Shown: positions 12,734 to 23,355 of the stretch, one piece after another | How the letters are laid out: each line of letters starts with the position of its first letter | How positions within the stretch are numbered: position 1 is the first letter of the stretch | Assembly: GCA_963736855.1 (NCBI GenBank) | Contig: CAVTQK010000009.1 | Span: forward strand, 256,001 to 320,000 | DNA from: an uncultured delta proteobacterium | Lineage (GTDB): Bacteria; Desulfobacterota; Desulfobacteria; Desulfobacterales; UBA2156 | DNA: 64,000 nt | Direction of reading: 5' to 3' | The notes under the pieces: generated by a model | The model's input: the letters and a program-made list of their open reading frames with translations, nothing else | The model's database searches: none | Told to the model about the DNA's origin: nothing | Position numbers and translations under genes: made by a program

Positions 12734-13876
12734 CTATGGCCGAAAAGTCAGACCCATTTGAATTCCGAAGTCCGGGCTGTTGTCATAGACAATGAAATTT
12801 TCAATGAGGCCCAATTCAAAAAGCCAGCCAGAAAAAAACTCCCACTTCCATCCAAGGGTAAATTCGTGGGAGACATCCGAGAAAGGCCCTAGATCTTCGG
12901 CTTGGCCCTCTGAAGCCAGGTACTGAAGAATCAGACTCTGAGTATTGAGGTATCGCCATTCCAGAGCGAATAACCCCGAAAGCTGAGTCCGTTTCAACCG
13001 GATTCTATCGAGCTGGTCCCCGCCGAACCAGAGGTACCCGCCTGTCAGATAGGCGTAGACAGGGCCGAATCGCTTGGAAAGCATGACGCTTGCTCCGAAA
13101 TCAACGGGTATGTCCCGTTCCAGAGGAGTGCTACCTTCTAATTCATAGCGAGCCGTGAGCGCGTAGGCAAAGGCCGGCCAAAGCTTTTTGCCGCAGGTGA
13201 TATTGTGCTGCAGCGTTAACAGAATCCCTTGTGAATAGACGCCGCTCTCTCCGTCTTGCTGCACCAGAGGATTCCCCTGATCGTCCCGAATGTCGATGAA
13301 GACCCGGTGGTTGGGAAAAACGTCCCGGCCGTCCTGATCGATGCCGAAGGTCTCATGAAAATCCGAGATGAAGCCATCCATGATTCCTCCGAAAGTCCGT
13401 CGTTCATCGTATGCCAATTCCAGAGTCCATCGATCGCTGAGTCCATAATTGACATGGAAGGTGGAATGAAGGCTTTCATAATCCAGGGTAAAGCTTTCCT
13501 TTTCAAACGCCCAAATATTGGCCAGGACGGAGGCAACCCCGAATTCCCACTTATTTTTAGAAAGGGTTGCCGGAGTCCTGGGTGTAAAACCGAGACGAAG
13601 GGATTGAAATGGAGATTGAGAAGAGATTCTTAAAGGGCCGTAGCCCACCTCTTCCAGGCAGAAATCCCCGGACCGAAAACCCACGATGTCTTGAACTGAA
13701 GTTTGAGGAGGGATCTCTATCTGGACTGGATTGGAGACATCGGGCGGATCGGCCGGCTTTTCGGCAGTGAACCCGCCGGAAATAGGCAGAAAAAGGAGGG
13801 GCAAGAGAATACAAAGACCCCTTCTCAGAGATCGGACCGAACAGGCCGTCGAAGAGCAGACGGGGTCCTTGATCAC
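12734..13876 (-). CDS. Putative outer-membrane beta-barrel protein (DUF3187-like)
   Basis: Signal-like N-terminus, GGIMDGFISDFHETFG motif and C-terminal ENF..YDNSPDFGIQMGLTF with alternating aromatic strands. Confidence 0.65.
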   Translation of the reverse strand: MIKDPVCSSTACSVRSLRRGLCILLPLLFLPISGGFTAEKPADPPDVSNPVQIEIPPQTSVQDIVGFRSGDFCLEEVGYGPLRISSQSPFQSLRLGFTPRTPATLSKNKWEFGVASVLANIWAFEKESFTLDYESLHSTFHVNYGLSDRWTLELAYDERRTFGGIMDGFISDFHETFGIDQDGRDVFPNHRVFIDIRDDQGNPLVQQDGESGVYSQGILLTLQHNITCGKKLWPAFAYALTARYELEGSTPLERDIPVDFGASVMLSKRFGPVYAYLTGGYLWFGGDQLDRIRLKRTQLSGLFALEWRYLNTQSLILQYLASEGQAEDLGPFSDVSHEFTLGWKWEFFSGWLFELGLIENFIVYDNSPDFGIQMGLTFRP

Positions 13877-14017
13877 TTCAGATTCCCCCGCATAATTAGT
13901 CTAAACCCTGGTAGGTATGTTCAAAGGTCAGCCCAGGCTGTAGAAAAAGCCTCTTTAATGCATCCTCCAAAGTTCTAACGAGATCTGTCGGCGACCCAAG
14001 AGCCTATTTTAGGGCCT

Positions 14018-14881
14018 TCAGAAAGAGCGTTGATACACAATGCCCACATATCCGACAAAGCTTGTGCCGGGACTCTTGTCATAGCTGGTGGCATAGGCGA
14101 TGCGATGTCCGCGGTTTGCCCCCAGCGACTTCGAGGCGACGACGGCCGTCGCCGCCGCACCGGCGCAGCAGGCATTTTGGCGGGATTCCGCTACCAGAAG
14201 GACCTGTTCCGGGTCCATCGCCAACAGAATTTCGATGATTTCATGGTCGTTTTCGGTTTTAACCCAATCCAATGCCTTTGAACCGGTCCCTTTGGGAGTG
14301 AAAGCGTAGTTATGGCCATAATGAGTCAGATCGGTGGACCCTACCACCCGAATGCGTTTTCCCGTTTTTTTGGCCAGATCCACCACCGTCTTTCCGATGG
14401 CAAGGGAGTTTCGATGGGGTGGGACCCCGATAGGCACCAATTGGGCATTATCAAAAAAGTACTTTATAAATGGAAGCTGAAGCTCAATGGTGTTATCCGG
14501 AGTGAAATCATCTGCATGTTCTACCTTGAACACAAATTGTTTGGTGAGCGACCGGGCCAATTCCGAATCGATCCGGATGGACCCAAAGGGGGTTTCCCAG
14601 GCACCCGAATCCATAATGTAATTTGGAGACGACGGATGCAGGTGCATCCCGAAAACGACAACAGTGTCCACCGACCCGGCTTGAGACAGTGCATGAATGA
14701 CATTACAGGCAATTGCACCCGAAAAGAACCATCCGGCATGGGGAACAATACCGCTCACTGGATTCTCCAACTTTTCCCTGGAGATGGAAGGCTCCTTGAG
14801 GAATTGTTGAATCATTTGTTCGCATTCGGAAGGCTGTGACGGGTACCAGGTTTCGGCAAAAATGGCGTTTCTGGTTTCCAT
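14018..14881 (-). CDS. amrB: MEMO1 family protein (AmmeMemoRadiSam system protein B)
   Basis: WYP, IVPHAGWFFSG, WETPFG, NTIELQLPF, STDLTHYG and VGY. RBS GGAGA before METRNA. Confidence 0.9.
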   Translation of the reverse strand: METRNAIFAETWYPSQPSECEQMIQQFLKEPSISREKLENPVSGIVPHAGWFFSGAIACNVIHALSQAGSVDTVVVFGMHLHPSSPNYIMDSGAWETPFGSIRIDSELARSLTKQFVFKVEHADDFTPDNTIELQLPFIKYFFDNAQLVPIGVPPHRNSLAIGKTVVDLAKKTGKRIRVVGSTDLTHYGHNYAFTPKGTGSKALDWVKTENDHEIIEILLAMDPEQVLLVAESRQNACCAGAAATAVVASKSLGANRGHRIAYATSYDKSPGTSFVGYVGIVYQRSF

Positions 14882-14973
14882 GGCATCTCCATTTGCTTGG
14901 TTAGCGATATATACACCCCACAGCCGGAAATCACAACTTATTAGTTGCCAAGGATATCTTACATATCGAAGCT

Positions 14974-15100
14974 CCCTCACCCTTACTTTTCCCCGCAAGG
15001 GGCGGATCGGGTCATGAGAAGAGGTTTTTCCAATCCCTGAAGGGAGGATTACCTGCCCATGCGTAGCGCCATGCAGACACGGAGTGCGGCAATCGCAGGC
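14974..15100. repeat. Degenerate REP-like repeat remnants
   Basis: CCCTCACCCTTACTTTTCCCCGCAAGGGG (14974-15002) and CCTGCCCATGCGTAGCGCCATGCAGAC...GCAGGC (15052-15100) resemble short palindromic repeat types I recall from deltaproteobacterial genomes. Each is single copy here. Confidence 0.35.
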
Positions 15101-15148
15101 CTTGATATGATGTTGGGAATCTTTATAAAATCCGATTTCTTAGAAAAG

Positions 15149-15177
15149 TTGACAGGGCATTCTAAGGGAATTATTTT
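15149..15177 (+). promoter_or_regulatory. Putative sigma70 promoter
   Basis: TTGACA-N17-TATTTT upstream of the thioesterase gene. Confidence 0.45.
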
Positions 15178-15277
15178 AATTTAATGAAGTGGCTTTGGAA
15201 ATTATTTTTTCGCTTCTTTATGGAAATGAATTGAAGGTATCTTTAATTTGGCTGAAGCAACGGTAAAGGAAAGCGGG

Positions 15278-15724
15278 ATGGATACCCACCAGATGTTTAC
15301 CGTGGATCTGAACGTGCGTTTCAGGGACATGGATGCTAATCGGCATGTGAACAACGCGGTGTTTTTCACCTATTTCGAGGAAGGCCGGAGAGCCTTTTTC
15401 CAAAAGCACTTTGAAAGGGTTTTTGTTTTTCCCTTTATTTTAGCCCATGCAGCGTGTGACTACAAAAAGCCCATCACCCTAAACGATGACATCCAGCTTG
15501 CCATGTGGGTGGGTGATATTGGGAACAAGCGCTTCGATTTTATTTATCGCATCATAGGTCGTCAGGACACGACGTTGGTTTACGCATTGGGAAAATCGAC
15601 CCAGGTTTCTTTCGATTATCAAAAGCAAAAGTCCATCGTTATTCCAAAGCATGTCGCCGAGCTCCTGGTCCCTTACCAGGATATTTCATTGCAAAAAGAA
15701 CGCTCGACGATTATTAAAGTATAA
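15278..15724 (+). CDS. Acyl-CoA thioesterase (4HBT/YbgC-like hotdog fold)
   Basis: VRFRDMDANRHVNNAVFFTYFEEGR and CDYKKPI. Confidence 0.9.
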   Translation: MDTHQMFTVDLNVRFRDMDANRHVNNAVFFTYFEEGRRAFFQKHFERVFVFPFILAHAACDYKKPITLNDDIQLAMWVGDIGNKRFDFIYRIIGRQDTTLVYALGKSTQVSFDYQKQKSIVIPKHVAELLVPYQDISLQKERSTIIKV

Positions 15725-15751
15725 AAAAATAATTCGTTAAGGAAATCATTA

Positions 15752-15958
15752 ATGCCAATCTATGAATTTAATTGTCAAGCGTGCGATCATTGTTTTGAAA
15801 AATTGGTCTTTGTGAGTGAAGACGAGCCTGTCAGATGTCCGAAGTGCAACAGCGCCGATGTGAAAAAGCAGGTCAGCTGCGCAAGCCTTATCGGCACATC
15901 CGGATTGTCGAGATGTGCGCCGGGCTCCGGAAAGGGTTTTTCCTGAGCCACCTGATGA
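15752..15958 (+). CDS. FmdB-family zinc-ribbon protein, putative selenoprotein with C-terminal U-A-T-U
   Basis: MPIYEFNCQACDH...CPKC zinc ribbon. GFS is followed by TGA GCC ACC TGA TGA (15944-15958). Hairpin GCGGC-GGTC-GCCGC at 15963-15976. Confidence 0.8.
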
Positions 15959-16167
15959 CGAAGCGGCGGTCGCCGCATCAGGATCTTTCTCGCCATGGAG
16001 GCGCCGGCGCCTCACTATTACCCATCGATGGTTGACAAGGCTTCCCCTTTGTAAAATCGTGGTTAATTTACTCAAGAAAAAAGGTGTGAAAATTTATAAA
16101 CGCCTCTAATCCAAGCTGGTAAAAGAGTGCGACTTGAGGTTCTGATGAGTCGAACAGGAGGTCTACT

Positions 16168-16995
16168 ATGTGGGAGTATACCGATAAAGTCAAAGACCAT
16201 TTTTTAAATCCGCGTAATGTGGGGGTACTCACAGATGCAGACGGCATTGGAGAGGTCGGATCTCTGGCCTGTGGGGATGCACTCAAGCTCACCTTCAAAT
16301 TGGACGAAAATAGGCGGATCCGGGAAGCCAAATTCCAGACCTTTGGATGTGCCAGCGCCATTGCCTCTTCCTCGGCGCTGACCGAGATAATCAAGGGTTT
16401 AACCCTCGAAGAAGCCGCAAGAATCACCAACGAGGATATTGCCCGGTATCTTGGAGGGTTGCCGAAAGAGAAAATGCACTGCTCGGTGATGGGGAGAGAC
16501 GCCCTTGAAAAGGCCATTGCGCATTATCGGGGTGAAGCGGAAAAGAAAAAGGAAGGTCGTATTGTCTGTGAGTGCTTCGGCGTCACTGATTTGGAGATCG
16601 AACGAGCGGTCCGCGAGAACCATCTCCATACCATAGAAGACGTTACCGACTACGTGAAGGCCGGTGGCGGATGCGGCAATTGCCATGAAGCCATCCAGGA
16701 GATTATCGATACTGTCTGGAATAAAGGCCATATCCAAAAGGAAATTCCCCTAAGGCTTACAAATATTCAGAAAATCAAGCTCATCGAAGAAACGCTGGAC
16801 CGTGAAATCAAACCGGCCCTTAAAAAGGACGGGGGAGACATCGAACTCGTCGACGTGGAGGGAGACCGGGTTTTTGTGAAGCTTCGAGGCACATGCGCCA
16901 CCTGTGCCGCATCCCAGGTGACTCTTAAAGGGTATGTGGAAACCAAACTGCAGGAGCTGGTTTTACCGCAACTGGTGGTGGAGGAGGTGCAATGA
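16168..16995 (+). CDS. nifU: Fe-S cluster assembly scaffold NifU (three-domain)
   Basis: IscU domain (ACGD, FGCASA, KMHCS), central CECF...GGGCGNC and Nfu domain (DGGD, CATC). Confidence 0.96.
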   Translation: MWEYTDKVKDHFLNPRNVGVLTDADGIGEVGSLACGDALKLTFKLDENRRIREAKFQTFGCASAIASSSALTEIIKGLTLEEAARITNEDIARYLGGLPKEKMHCSVMGRDALEKAIAHYRGEAEKKKEGRIVCECFGVTDLEIERAVRENHLHTIEDVTDYVKAGGGCGNCHEAIQEIIDTVWNKGHIQKEIPLRLTNIQKIKLIEETLDREIKPALKKDGGDIELVDVEGDRVFVKLRGTCATCAASQVTLKGYVETKLQELVLPQLVVEEVQ

Positions 16996-18152
16996 TGGAT
17001 GTTATCTATGTCGACAACAATGCCACGACCCGGGCAGCCCCCGAGGTCATTGAGGAGATGCTTCCCTACTTTGGCGATTTGTATGGTAATCCCTCCAGTA
17101 TGCATACTTTTGGCGGAAACGTGGGCCGGAAAGTAGGAGAGGCGCGGGAAAAGGTGGCACACCTCATCGGCGCTTCGCCGGAAGAGATTATCTTTACCGG
17201 GTGCGGGACAGAAAGCGACAATACTGCCATAAACGCCGCCATCGAATCCAACCCGGAAAAAAAGCACATCGTCGCCACCCGGGTGGAACATCCTGCAGTG
17301 AAAAATCTGTTCGAGCATCTCTCAAAAAAAGGATATCGGACCACCTTCATCCCGGTGGACCGCCAAGGTCGTCTCGACACCGATGCCTTGGAGAGAAGCC
17401 TTACCGACGACACGGCCGTTGTCAGTATCATGTGGGCCAATAATGAGACCGGCGTCGTGTTTCCCATCGAAGAAATCGCCCAACGGGTTCGCGAAAGGGG
17501 AATCGTTTTTCATACCGACGCGGTGCAGACAGTGGGGAAGATCCCCGTCGATGTAAAAAAGGCTGGCGTAGACATGCTGTCATTGTCCGGTCACAAGATC
17601 CACGCGCCCAAAGGTATTGCCGCATTATATGTCCGCAAAGGCGTCAAATTCTCCCCGTTTCTCATCGGGGGACATCAGGAGCGCGGCCGCAGAGGCGGGA
17701 CCGAGAATGTCGCTTCCATCATCGGGATGGGAAAGGCTTGCGAACTGGCCCTCGATCACCTGAAGGAGCAGGCCGGTCGCGTCAAGACTCTTCGCGACAG
17801 ACTGGAAAACGGTCTATTGAAAGGCACGCCCAAGGCGCTGATCAACGGGGACCGGGAACATCGCCTTCCCAATACGACCAGCATCAGCTTCGAGTACGTA
17901 GAAGGCGAATCTATCCTCCTCATGATGGACCGACTGGGTATCTGTGCCTCTTCGGGGTCCGCATGTACCTCCGGATCCCTGGAGCCCTCCCATGTTCTAA
18001 GGGCCATGGGAGTTCCCTTTACTGCAGCCCACGGGTCGATCCGGTTCAGTTTGAGTGTCTATAACACCGAAAAGGAAATCGATTTCATCATTAAGGAGTT
18101 GCCGCCCATCATTGCAAAGCTCAGAGAAATATCTCCATTTTGGAAACCTTAA
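16992..18152 (+). CDS. nifS: Cysteine desulfurase NifS
   Basis: YVDNNATT, FHTDAVQ, SGHKIH (PLP Lys) and SSGSACTS. ATGA overlap with nifU. Confidence 0.96.
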   Translation: MMDVIYVDNNATTRAAPEVIEEMLPYFGDLYGNPSSMHTFGGNVGRKVGEAREKVAHLIGASPEEIIFTGCGTESDNTAINAAIESNPEKKHIVATRVEHPAVKNLFEHLSKKGYRTTFIPVDRQGRLDTDALERSLTDDTAVVSIMWANNETGVVFPIEEIAQRVRERGIVFHTDAVQTVGKIPVDVKKAGVDMLSLSGHKIHAPKGIAALYVRKGVKFSPFLIGGHQERGRRGGTENVASIIGMGKACELALDHLKEQAGRVKTLRDRLENGLLKGTPKALINGDREHRLPNTTSISFEYVEGESILLMMDRLGICASSGSACTSGSLEPSHVLRAMGVPFTAAHGSIRFSLSVYNTEKEIDFIIKELPPIIAKLREISPFWKP

Positions 18153-18278
18153 ATTCCATCATTGGATCGAATTCAAAGAGAAGAGCCTGTCTTACACAAA
18201 AGGAATAAAAAAGAATGCTTGACAGGAGGATCCGTATATCCTATAGGTGCCCGAAAAGCTTGGGGATACTGAATCAGG

Positions 18279-18836
18279 ATGATGGATCGTCGGGAATTTC
18301 TGAAAATCGGTTTTGGGTGTGTCACGCTCGCTGCGGCGACGTGCTTGATTCCCGATCCCCTTCTGGCGGCCGTGAGACAATCATCGGTCCCAAGAAGCCT
18401 TTCGTTTTATAATACCCACACCGGAGAGTCTTTGGGTATCACCTATGCCATTGACGGTGCATATATTTCGGACGCACTCGAAGAAATCGATCATGTCTTT
18501 CGTGACCATCGCACCGGAGAGGTCAAGGTCATCGATCCCAACCTGCTGGATCTCCTTTATGCCGTTTCAAAAAAAATGGAAATTTCAGCACGATATCCGC
18601 TCCATATCGTTTCCGGGTATCGCTCCCCGGAAACCAATGCCTTATTGCGCGGAAAAAGCCGTCGGGTGGCGAAAAACAGCTATCATGTAAAAGGACAGGC
18701 CCTGGATTTCCGGGTGCCCCGGATCCAGCTTTCCCAACTGCGTAAAGCGGCTTTAAGCCTGCGCGCCGGAGGAGTCGGCTACTATCCCCGGTCGCAATTT
18801 CTGCATCTCGACGTCGGGGATTTCCGCTACTGGTAG
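18279..18836 (+). CDS. YcbK/DUF882 family Tat-exported peptidase M15 (MepK-like)
   Basis: DRREFLK Tat signal, YNTHTGE, RDHRT, SGYRSPETN, SYHVKGQALD, GGVGYY and HLDVG. Confidence 0.92.
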   Translation: MMDRREFLKIGFGCVTLAAATCLIPDPLLAAVRQSSVPRSLSFYNTHTGESLGITYAIDGAYISDALEEIDHVFRDHRTGEVKVIDPNLLDLLYAVSKKMEISARYPLHIVSGYRSPETNALLRGKSRRVAKNSYHVKGQALDFRVPRIQLSQLRKAALSLRAGGVGYYPRSQFLHLDVGDFRYW

Positions 18837-20524
18837 GTTTTGCTGACCGGAGATTCGGTGCTTAGCGGGCGCTCCTTCAGGGCACGATCCAGAAGCAGGT
18901 CTCTTCCGTAGATGTCTTTCCGGAAATGGATTGCCCCGTCCGGCTCCACCCATGCGGTCCAGTATAGGAGATGAACCGGGACGCGGTTTTTCAGGATAAT
19001 GATCCGATTTTTGTCGGAGATGATCGCTTTTTCAATCTGTTCTTTACTCCAGGCAGGATCTTCCTTGAGCAAGTAGGTCGCCAGTTCCAGAGGTTTTTCG
19101 ACACGGATACATCCGGAGCTGAAAGCACGGACGGTGCTGTTAAAAAGCCTGTGCTGGGGGGTATCGTGGAGATAGACGGAGAAGCGGTTCGGAAACATGA
19201 ATTTGATGCGGCCTAAAGCGTTTTGAGGCCCTGGGTCCTGTCGAAGACGATATAAAAAATTTCTTGGGGTGATACCCGACCAGTCGATGTTCTCCGGTGC
19301 AACTTCTGTGACATCGCCTTCCCATCCGTTTAAAACGCGGTAACCGTTTTCTAATAGATAGGAAGGGTTTTTCCGAATCAAGGGGAGCTTGTCTTCGACG
19401 GCGATTCGGAAGGGGACGTTCCAATAGGGGTTGATTACCAGGTATTTCATGGTTTCACTGAAGACCGGTGTTTTTCGATAATGGGTACCCACAACAACCC
19501 GCATGGTCAAAATCGAACGGCCTGATTCCATTACGTGCAGTTGAAATGCGGCGATGTTGACGAGTATATGACGCTGACCCAATTTATGGGGGAGCCATCG
19601 CCATCGCTCCAGATTGAGTTCCATCTGGCGGATACGTCCGGCCACCGGGCGATTGAGCTGGTTCAGGGTCTCTTTTCCAAGGATGCCGTCCGCTTCGAGA
19701 CCGTGACGGCACTGGAACCGTCGTAGCGCAGAGTCCATGGGTTTATCGAAAAAAAGGCTCGTTTCATCAGCGGTATTTTCTAGATCTCCCGTGACTTTAA
19801 ATAACTTTCTCAGTAACGCAACGCGGGCATCGGTCTCCCCTGTTTTCAGGGCAGGCCCGGAGGGTATTTGAAGCCACCGTTTCTCTGCGGCAATTTCTCG
19901 GTAGGTCAACAGAGCCGCTTTCAGCCGGCGGTAGCCTTCGTCTGAAGGGGTAAGGGCGGTAAGTTTTTCGGCGATGCGGCCGGTCGCCAGCGCTTCGGAG
20001 AGTTCCCGGGCGAGGTCGATTTCAGGATGAAAGGCCACCCAGGCGGTGTGAATGGTTTCCGGATCGACCCGGCCGCTGAAAAGATGCGTTGCGTAAAGCA
20101 GGAAAGCATCAGTGAGTAGGATATCCAATTCTGCAAGGGTGGAAGGGGTGGCCGTACCGGATCCGGAGTCCGATTTCCCGAGTTGAGCCAATATGTTTTG
20201 GATTTCCGAGTAGTGGTAGATCTCCGGAGAAAGCCCCTCATCCCTGGAAGATGCAAGGGATGAAAACAACTCCCTGGCATGAGGTGTGGGGTTTCCCTCA
20301 AGGGTCCAGGCCGGTGCGTAACCCCTCTTTCGGTAAAATTCAGGGATGGCCGAAATGCCGCAGATCCTCTCTTTCCGGCAGGTGAAAATGTTCGTCTTTT
20401 GACCCGCCTGAATTATGACAAAAATCTGACGGGCTACCGGATCTAGCTCCTGAGAAAATGCGATGCCCGAAATTGCCCAGAGAAGGGCAAAAACCGTACC
20501 GATGAAAGCAAAAAGGTTATTCAC
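18827..20524 (-). CDS. L,D-transpeptidase, YcbB/LdtD-like
   Basis: PG-binding domain (FQCRHGLEADG), NLERWRW, NPYWNVP, NALGRIKFMFPN, YLHDTP and SSGCIRV. Confidence 0.93.
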   Translation of the reverse strand: MNNLFAFIGTVFALLWAISGIAFSQELDPVARQIFVIIQAGQKTNIFTCRKERICGISAIPEFYRKRGYAPAWTLEGNPTPHARELFSSLASSRDEGLSPEIYHYSEIQNILAQLGKSDSGSGTATPSTLAELDILLTDAFLLYATHLFSGRVDPETIHTAWVAFHPEIDLARELSEALATGRIAEKLTALTPSDEGYRRLKAALLTYREIAAEKRWLQIPSGPALKTGETDARVALLRKLFKVTGDLENTADETSLFFDKPMDSALRRFQCRHGLEADGILGKETLNQLNRPVAGRIRQMELNLERWRWLPHKLGQRHILVNIAAFQLHVMESGRSILTMRVVVGTHYRKTPVFSETMKYLVINPYWNVPFRIAVEDKLPLIRKNPSYLLENGYRVLNGWEGDVTEVAPENIDWSGITPRNFLYRLRQDPGPQNALGRIKFMFPNRFSVYLHDTPQHRLFNSTVRAFSSGCIRVEKPLELATYLLKEDPAWSKEQIEKAIISDKNRIIILKNRVPVHLLYWTAWVEPDGAIHFRKDIYGRDLLLDRALKERPLSTESPVSKTYQ

Positions 20525-20798
20525 GTGAACAGCATCTCCTGTTTTCTCCGAAAAGAAGGCGCTCTTTTTTCCATTTGTTGATCAACCATAATGCGTGATT
20601 GCTTACGGGTCAATCGGTTAGACAAATGTTCATTGAAGAAAACTCGGAAAAGGGACACCTAACTTGAAGCAATAGCCTGCTCGTGTTATTTTCCTTTTAT
20701 GTGATGATGTACAAAGCCGTCAAAACTGGTAAACAGGAATAAATTCCGGGCCGTGTCCCTATAAACCGACGAAGGTCGGGAGGAGAAAGGAGCCGGTG

Positions 20799-22604
20799 AT
20801 GGAGAAGCACCAAAAATTTTCAGTTTGGTATGTCCTCTTGGGCATATGGTTCGTCTTGATCCTGCAAAATGTTCTCTCGGGCGCTTTTGCCGTAAAGGTC
20901 ATTCCCTATAGCCAATTCTTGAATTTGCTCAAGGAAGGACGCATCGTGGAAGTGGCTATCACGGCGGACAAAATCCAGGGAAAAATGAAGGAGGCGGGAG
21001 TTCCCGACGGGACGGTTATCCCTTTTAGGACGGTTCGGGTGGACCCCGAAATCTCCACCCTCCTGGATCAGTATAGCATAACCTTTAAGGGAGAGGTCGA
21101 GTCCACACTCCTTCCGACGCTTCTGTCATGGATCGTCCCCACCGCGCTTTTCTTCGGGGTATGGTTTTTTTTCATGAAGCGCATGATGGGGCAGCAGCAG
21201 GGATTCATGACGCTGGGGAAGAACAAGGCCAAAATTTATATGGAAAGCGATCTCAATGTCACTTTTGAAGATGTGGCAGGCGTGGACGAGGCCAAACAGG
21301 AGTTGGTGGAAGTGGTGGAGTTTCTCCGTCATCCCGGAAAATATTCCGAACTGGGTGGAAAGCTCCCTAAAGGGGTCTTGCTGGTTGGACCACCCGGCAC
21401 AGGGAAAACACTTCTGGCCAAGGCGGTAGCCGGGGAGAGCGGCGTGCCGTTTTTCAGCATGAGCGGCTCGGAGTTCGTGGAGATGTTTGTGGGATTGGGG
21501 GCAGCCCGGGTGAGAGACCTTTTCGTTCAGGCGAAACAGAAAGCCCCCTGTATCATCTTCATAGATGAGCTGGATGCTTTAGGAAAGGCTCGGGGATTCG
21601 GCATGATGGGGGGTCACGATGAGAGGGAGCAGACGCTCAACCAACTCCTGGTTGAGATGGACGGGTTCGATCCCAAGGCCGGTGTTATCCTGATGGCCGC
21701 TACCAACCGGCCCGAAATCCTCGACCCGGCCCTTTTGAGACCCGGCCGGTTCGACAGACAGGTCCTGGTGGATCGACCCGATAAGCAGGGGAGGGAAGCT
21801 ATCCTGAAAGTACACCTGAAAAATATCACAACGGCATCCAATCTGGACACGGGAAAGCTGGCTGCCATGACGTCGGGGATGGTCGGAGCGGATTTGGCGA
21901 ACCTCGTGAACGAAGCCGCCTTGCTGGCTGTAAGAAAGAACAAGAAAGAAGTGGAGATGGCGGACTTTGAAGAGGCCGTAGAACGGGTGGTGGCGGGTCT
22001 TGAAAAGAAGAACCGGCTCATCAATCCCCGGGAACGTGAGGTTGTGGCCTATCATGAGATGGGGCATGCGATCGTGGCGTTTTCCCTGCCGGGGACCGAT
22101 CCGGTCCAGAAAATCTCCATCATCCCCAGGGGGATTGCGGCCCTCGGATACACCCTTCAGCTCCCAACGGAGGACCGATTCTTGATGAAAAAGACCGAGC
22201 TGTTAAACCGGATCGCCAGCCTTCTCGGAGGCCGGGCGGCCGAGGCGCTGGTCTTTGACGACATTTCTACCGGCGCCCACAACGACCTTTCTCGTGCCAC
22301 CGATATCGCCCGAAGCATGATCAAGGAATACGGGATGAGCGAGAAATTGGGCCAGGTCTATTTTGCACGGGAAAAACGCAGCCCTTTCCTGAATCTGATG
22401 CCGGAAGGCCCGGAAGCTTACAGTGAATCCACTGCGGAGCTCATCGATGCCGAAATCAAAGAAATCATTGATGCACAATATGAAAAAGCGATGGAAATGT
22501 TAAAGGCAAAACGTGGTATTCTTAACAAGGGAGCCGGGCTCCTCCTGGAAAAGGAAAAGATCGAGGCCGAGGAAATACGTACCCTCATGGAGCTGCCGGA
22601 ATAA
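20799..22604 (+). CDS. ftsH: ATP-dependent zinc metalloprotease FtsH
   Basis: Two TM helices, [33 protein letters not shown] and HEMGH. Confidence 0.98.
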   Translation: MEKHQKFSVWYVLLGIWFVLILQNVLSGAFAVKVIPYSQFLNLLKEGRIVEVAITADKIQGKMKEAGVPDGTVIPFRTVRVDPEISTLLDQYSITFKGEVESTLLPTLLSWIVPTALFFGVWFFFMKRMMGQQQGFMTLGKNKAKIYMESDLNVTFEDVAGVDEAKQELVEVVEFLRHPGKYSELGGKLPKGVLLVGPPGTGKTLLAKAVAGESGVPFFSMSGSEFVEMFVGLGAARVRDLFVQAKQKAPCIIFIDELDALGKARGFGMMGGHDEREQTLNQLLVEMDGFDPKAGVILMAATNRPEILDPALLRPGRFDRQVLVDRPDKQGREAILKVHLKNITTASNLDTGKLAAMTSGMVGADLANLVNEAALLAVRKNKKEVEMADFEEAVERVVAGLEKKNRLINPREREVVAYHEMGHAIVAFSLPGTDPVQKISIIPRGIAALGYTLQLPTEDRFLMKKTELLNRIASLLGGRAAEALVFDDISTGAHNDLSRATDIARSMIKEYGMSEKLGQVYFAREKRSPFLNLMPEGPEAYSESTAELIDAEIKEIIDAQYEKAMEMLKAKRGILNKGAGLLLEKEKIEAEEIRTLMELPE

Positions 22605-22663
22605 GAAAGAAAAAGATCTGCCTTTTACAATATAACCTGTGTATTCAAGTGGATATGGTACAG

Positions 22664-23024
22664 CTAGGGATCATAAGGGTTCTGTTCTTCCCGTGCGCTT
22701 TTTTCTACCTCCACACCTTCGCCGCGGCTCAATGATTTGATCCCCTTTTTGAGTATGCTGAACCCCGACTTGACCCCGCTTTTAATGGTTTTCGCAGACA
22801 GTAGTCGTATCCTTTTTCACGGATTGTTTCAGGTTCTGGGCGTGCTCACCGGCCTTGGCAGCCTCTTGGGAGGCTTCCTGTTTCGCATCTTCGATCGTAG
22901 CCTTTTGTCCTTCTTCGGCGTACGCCAACATGGCGGGGTCAAAGAAAAAAACGGCAACCTCACAAGATACCGCTGATAAAAGGAGGATCATGCCGCAGGC
23001 CAACCAAGCGTTTTTATTTGGCAT
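22664..23024 (-). CDS. Hypothetical exported Lys/Ala/Glu-rich helical protein (frameshifted near 22800)
   Basis: MPNKNAWLACGMILLLSAV...KKDTT continues in the +1 frame as AKTIKSGVKSGFSILKKGIKSLSRGEGVEVEKSAREEQNPYDP*. Confidence 0.5.
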
Positions 23025-23355
23025 CTTTATGTAAGAACCTTCGATTTCTTCGGCATGCTCGTTTTCTCTCCAACCCATTTCTAAAGCGATCCCTTTGGAT
23101 ATGTAAGCAGGGTCAAAGAGGGAATTTTAACATGATATATCCCCCTTAAAAAAACCGACCATAACCTTGCTTTAAACTATGACAGACGTTTTTTTTCCTG
23201 TCAAGAAAACCGAACCCGTTGATTAAAAGAGATCCATGCCGGGAAAAAATTTCGCTGATATCTCATCATATGAACAAACCGATCCGTTTGACGTTTTCAG
23301 AGTCCGGCAAATGAGATATAGAAAAAAATGGATAATAGAAGGATAAGGATTTCTG

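Noticed and set aside
16168..18152. Nitrogen fixation cluster
   Set aside because: There are no nifHDK genes. NifU/NifS alone is a common housekeeping Fe-S system in anaerobes.
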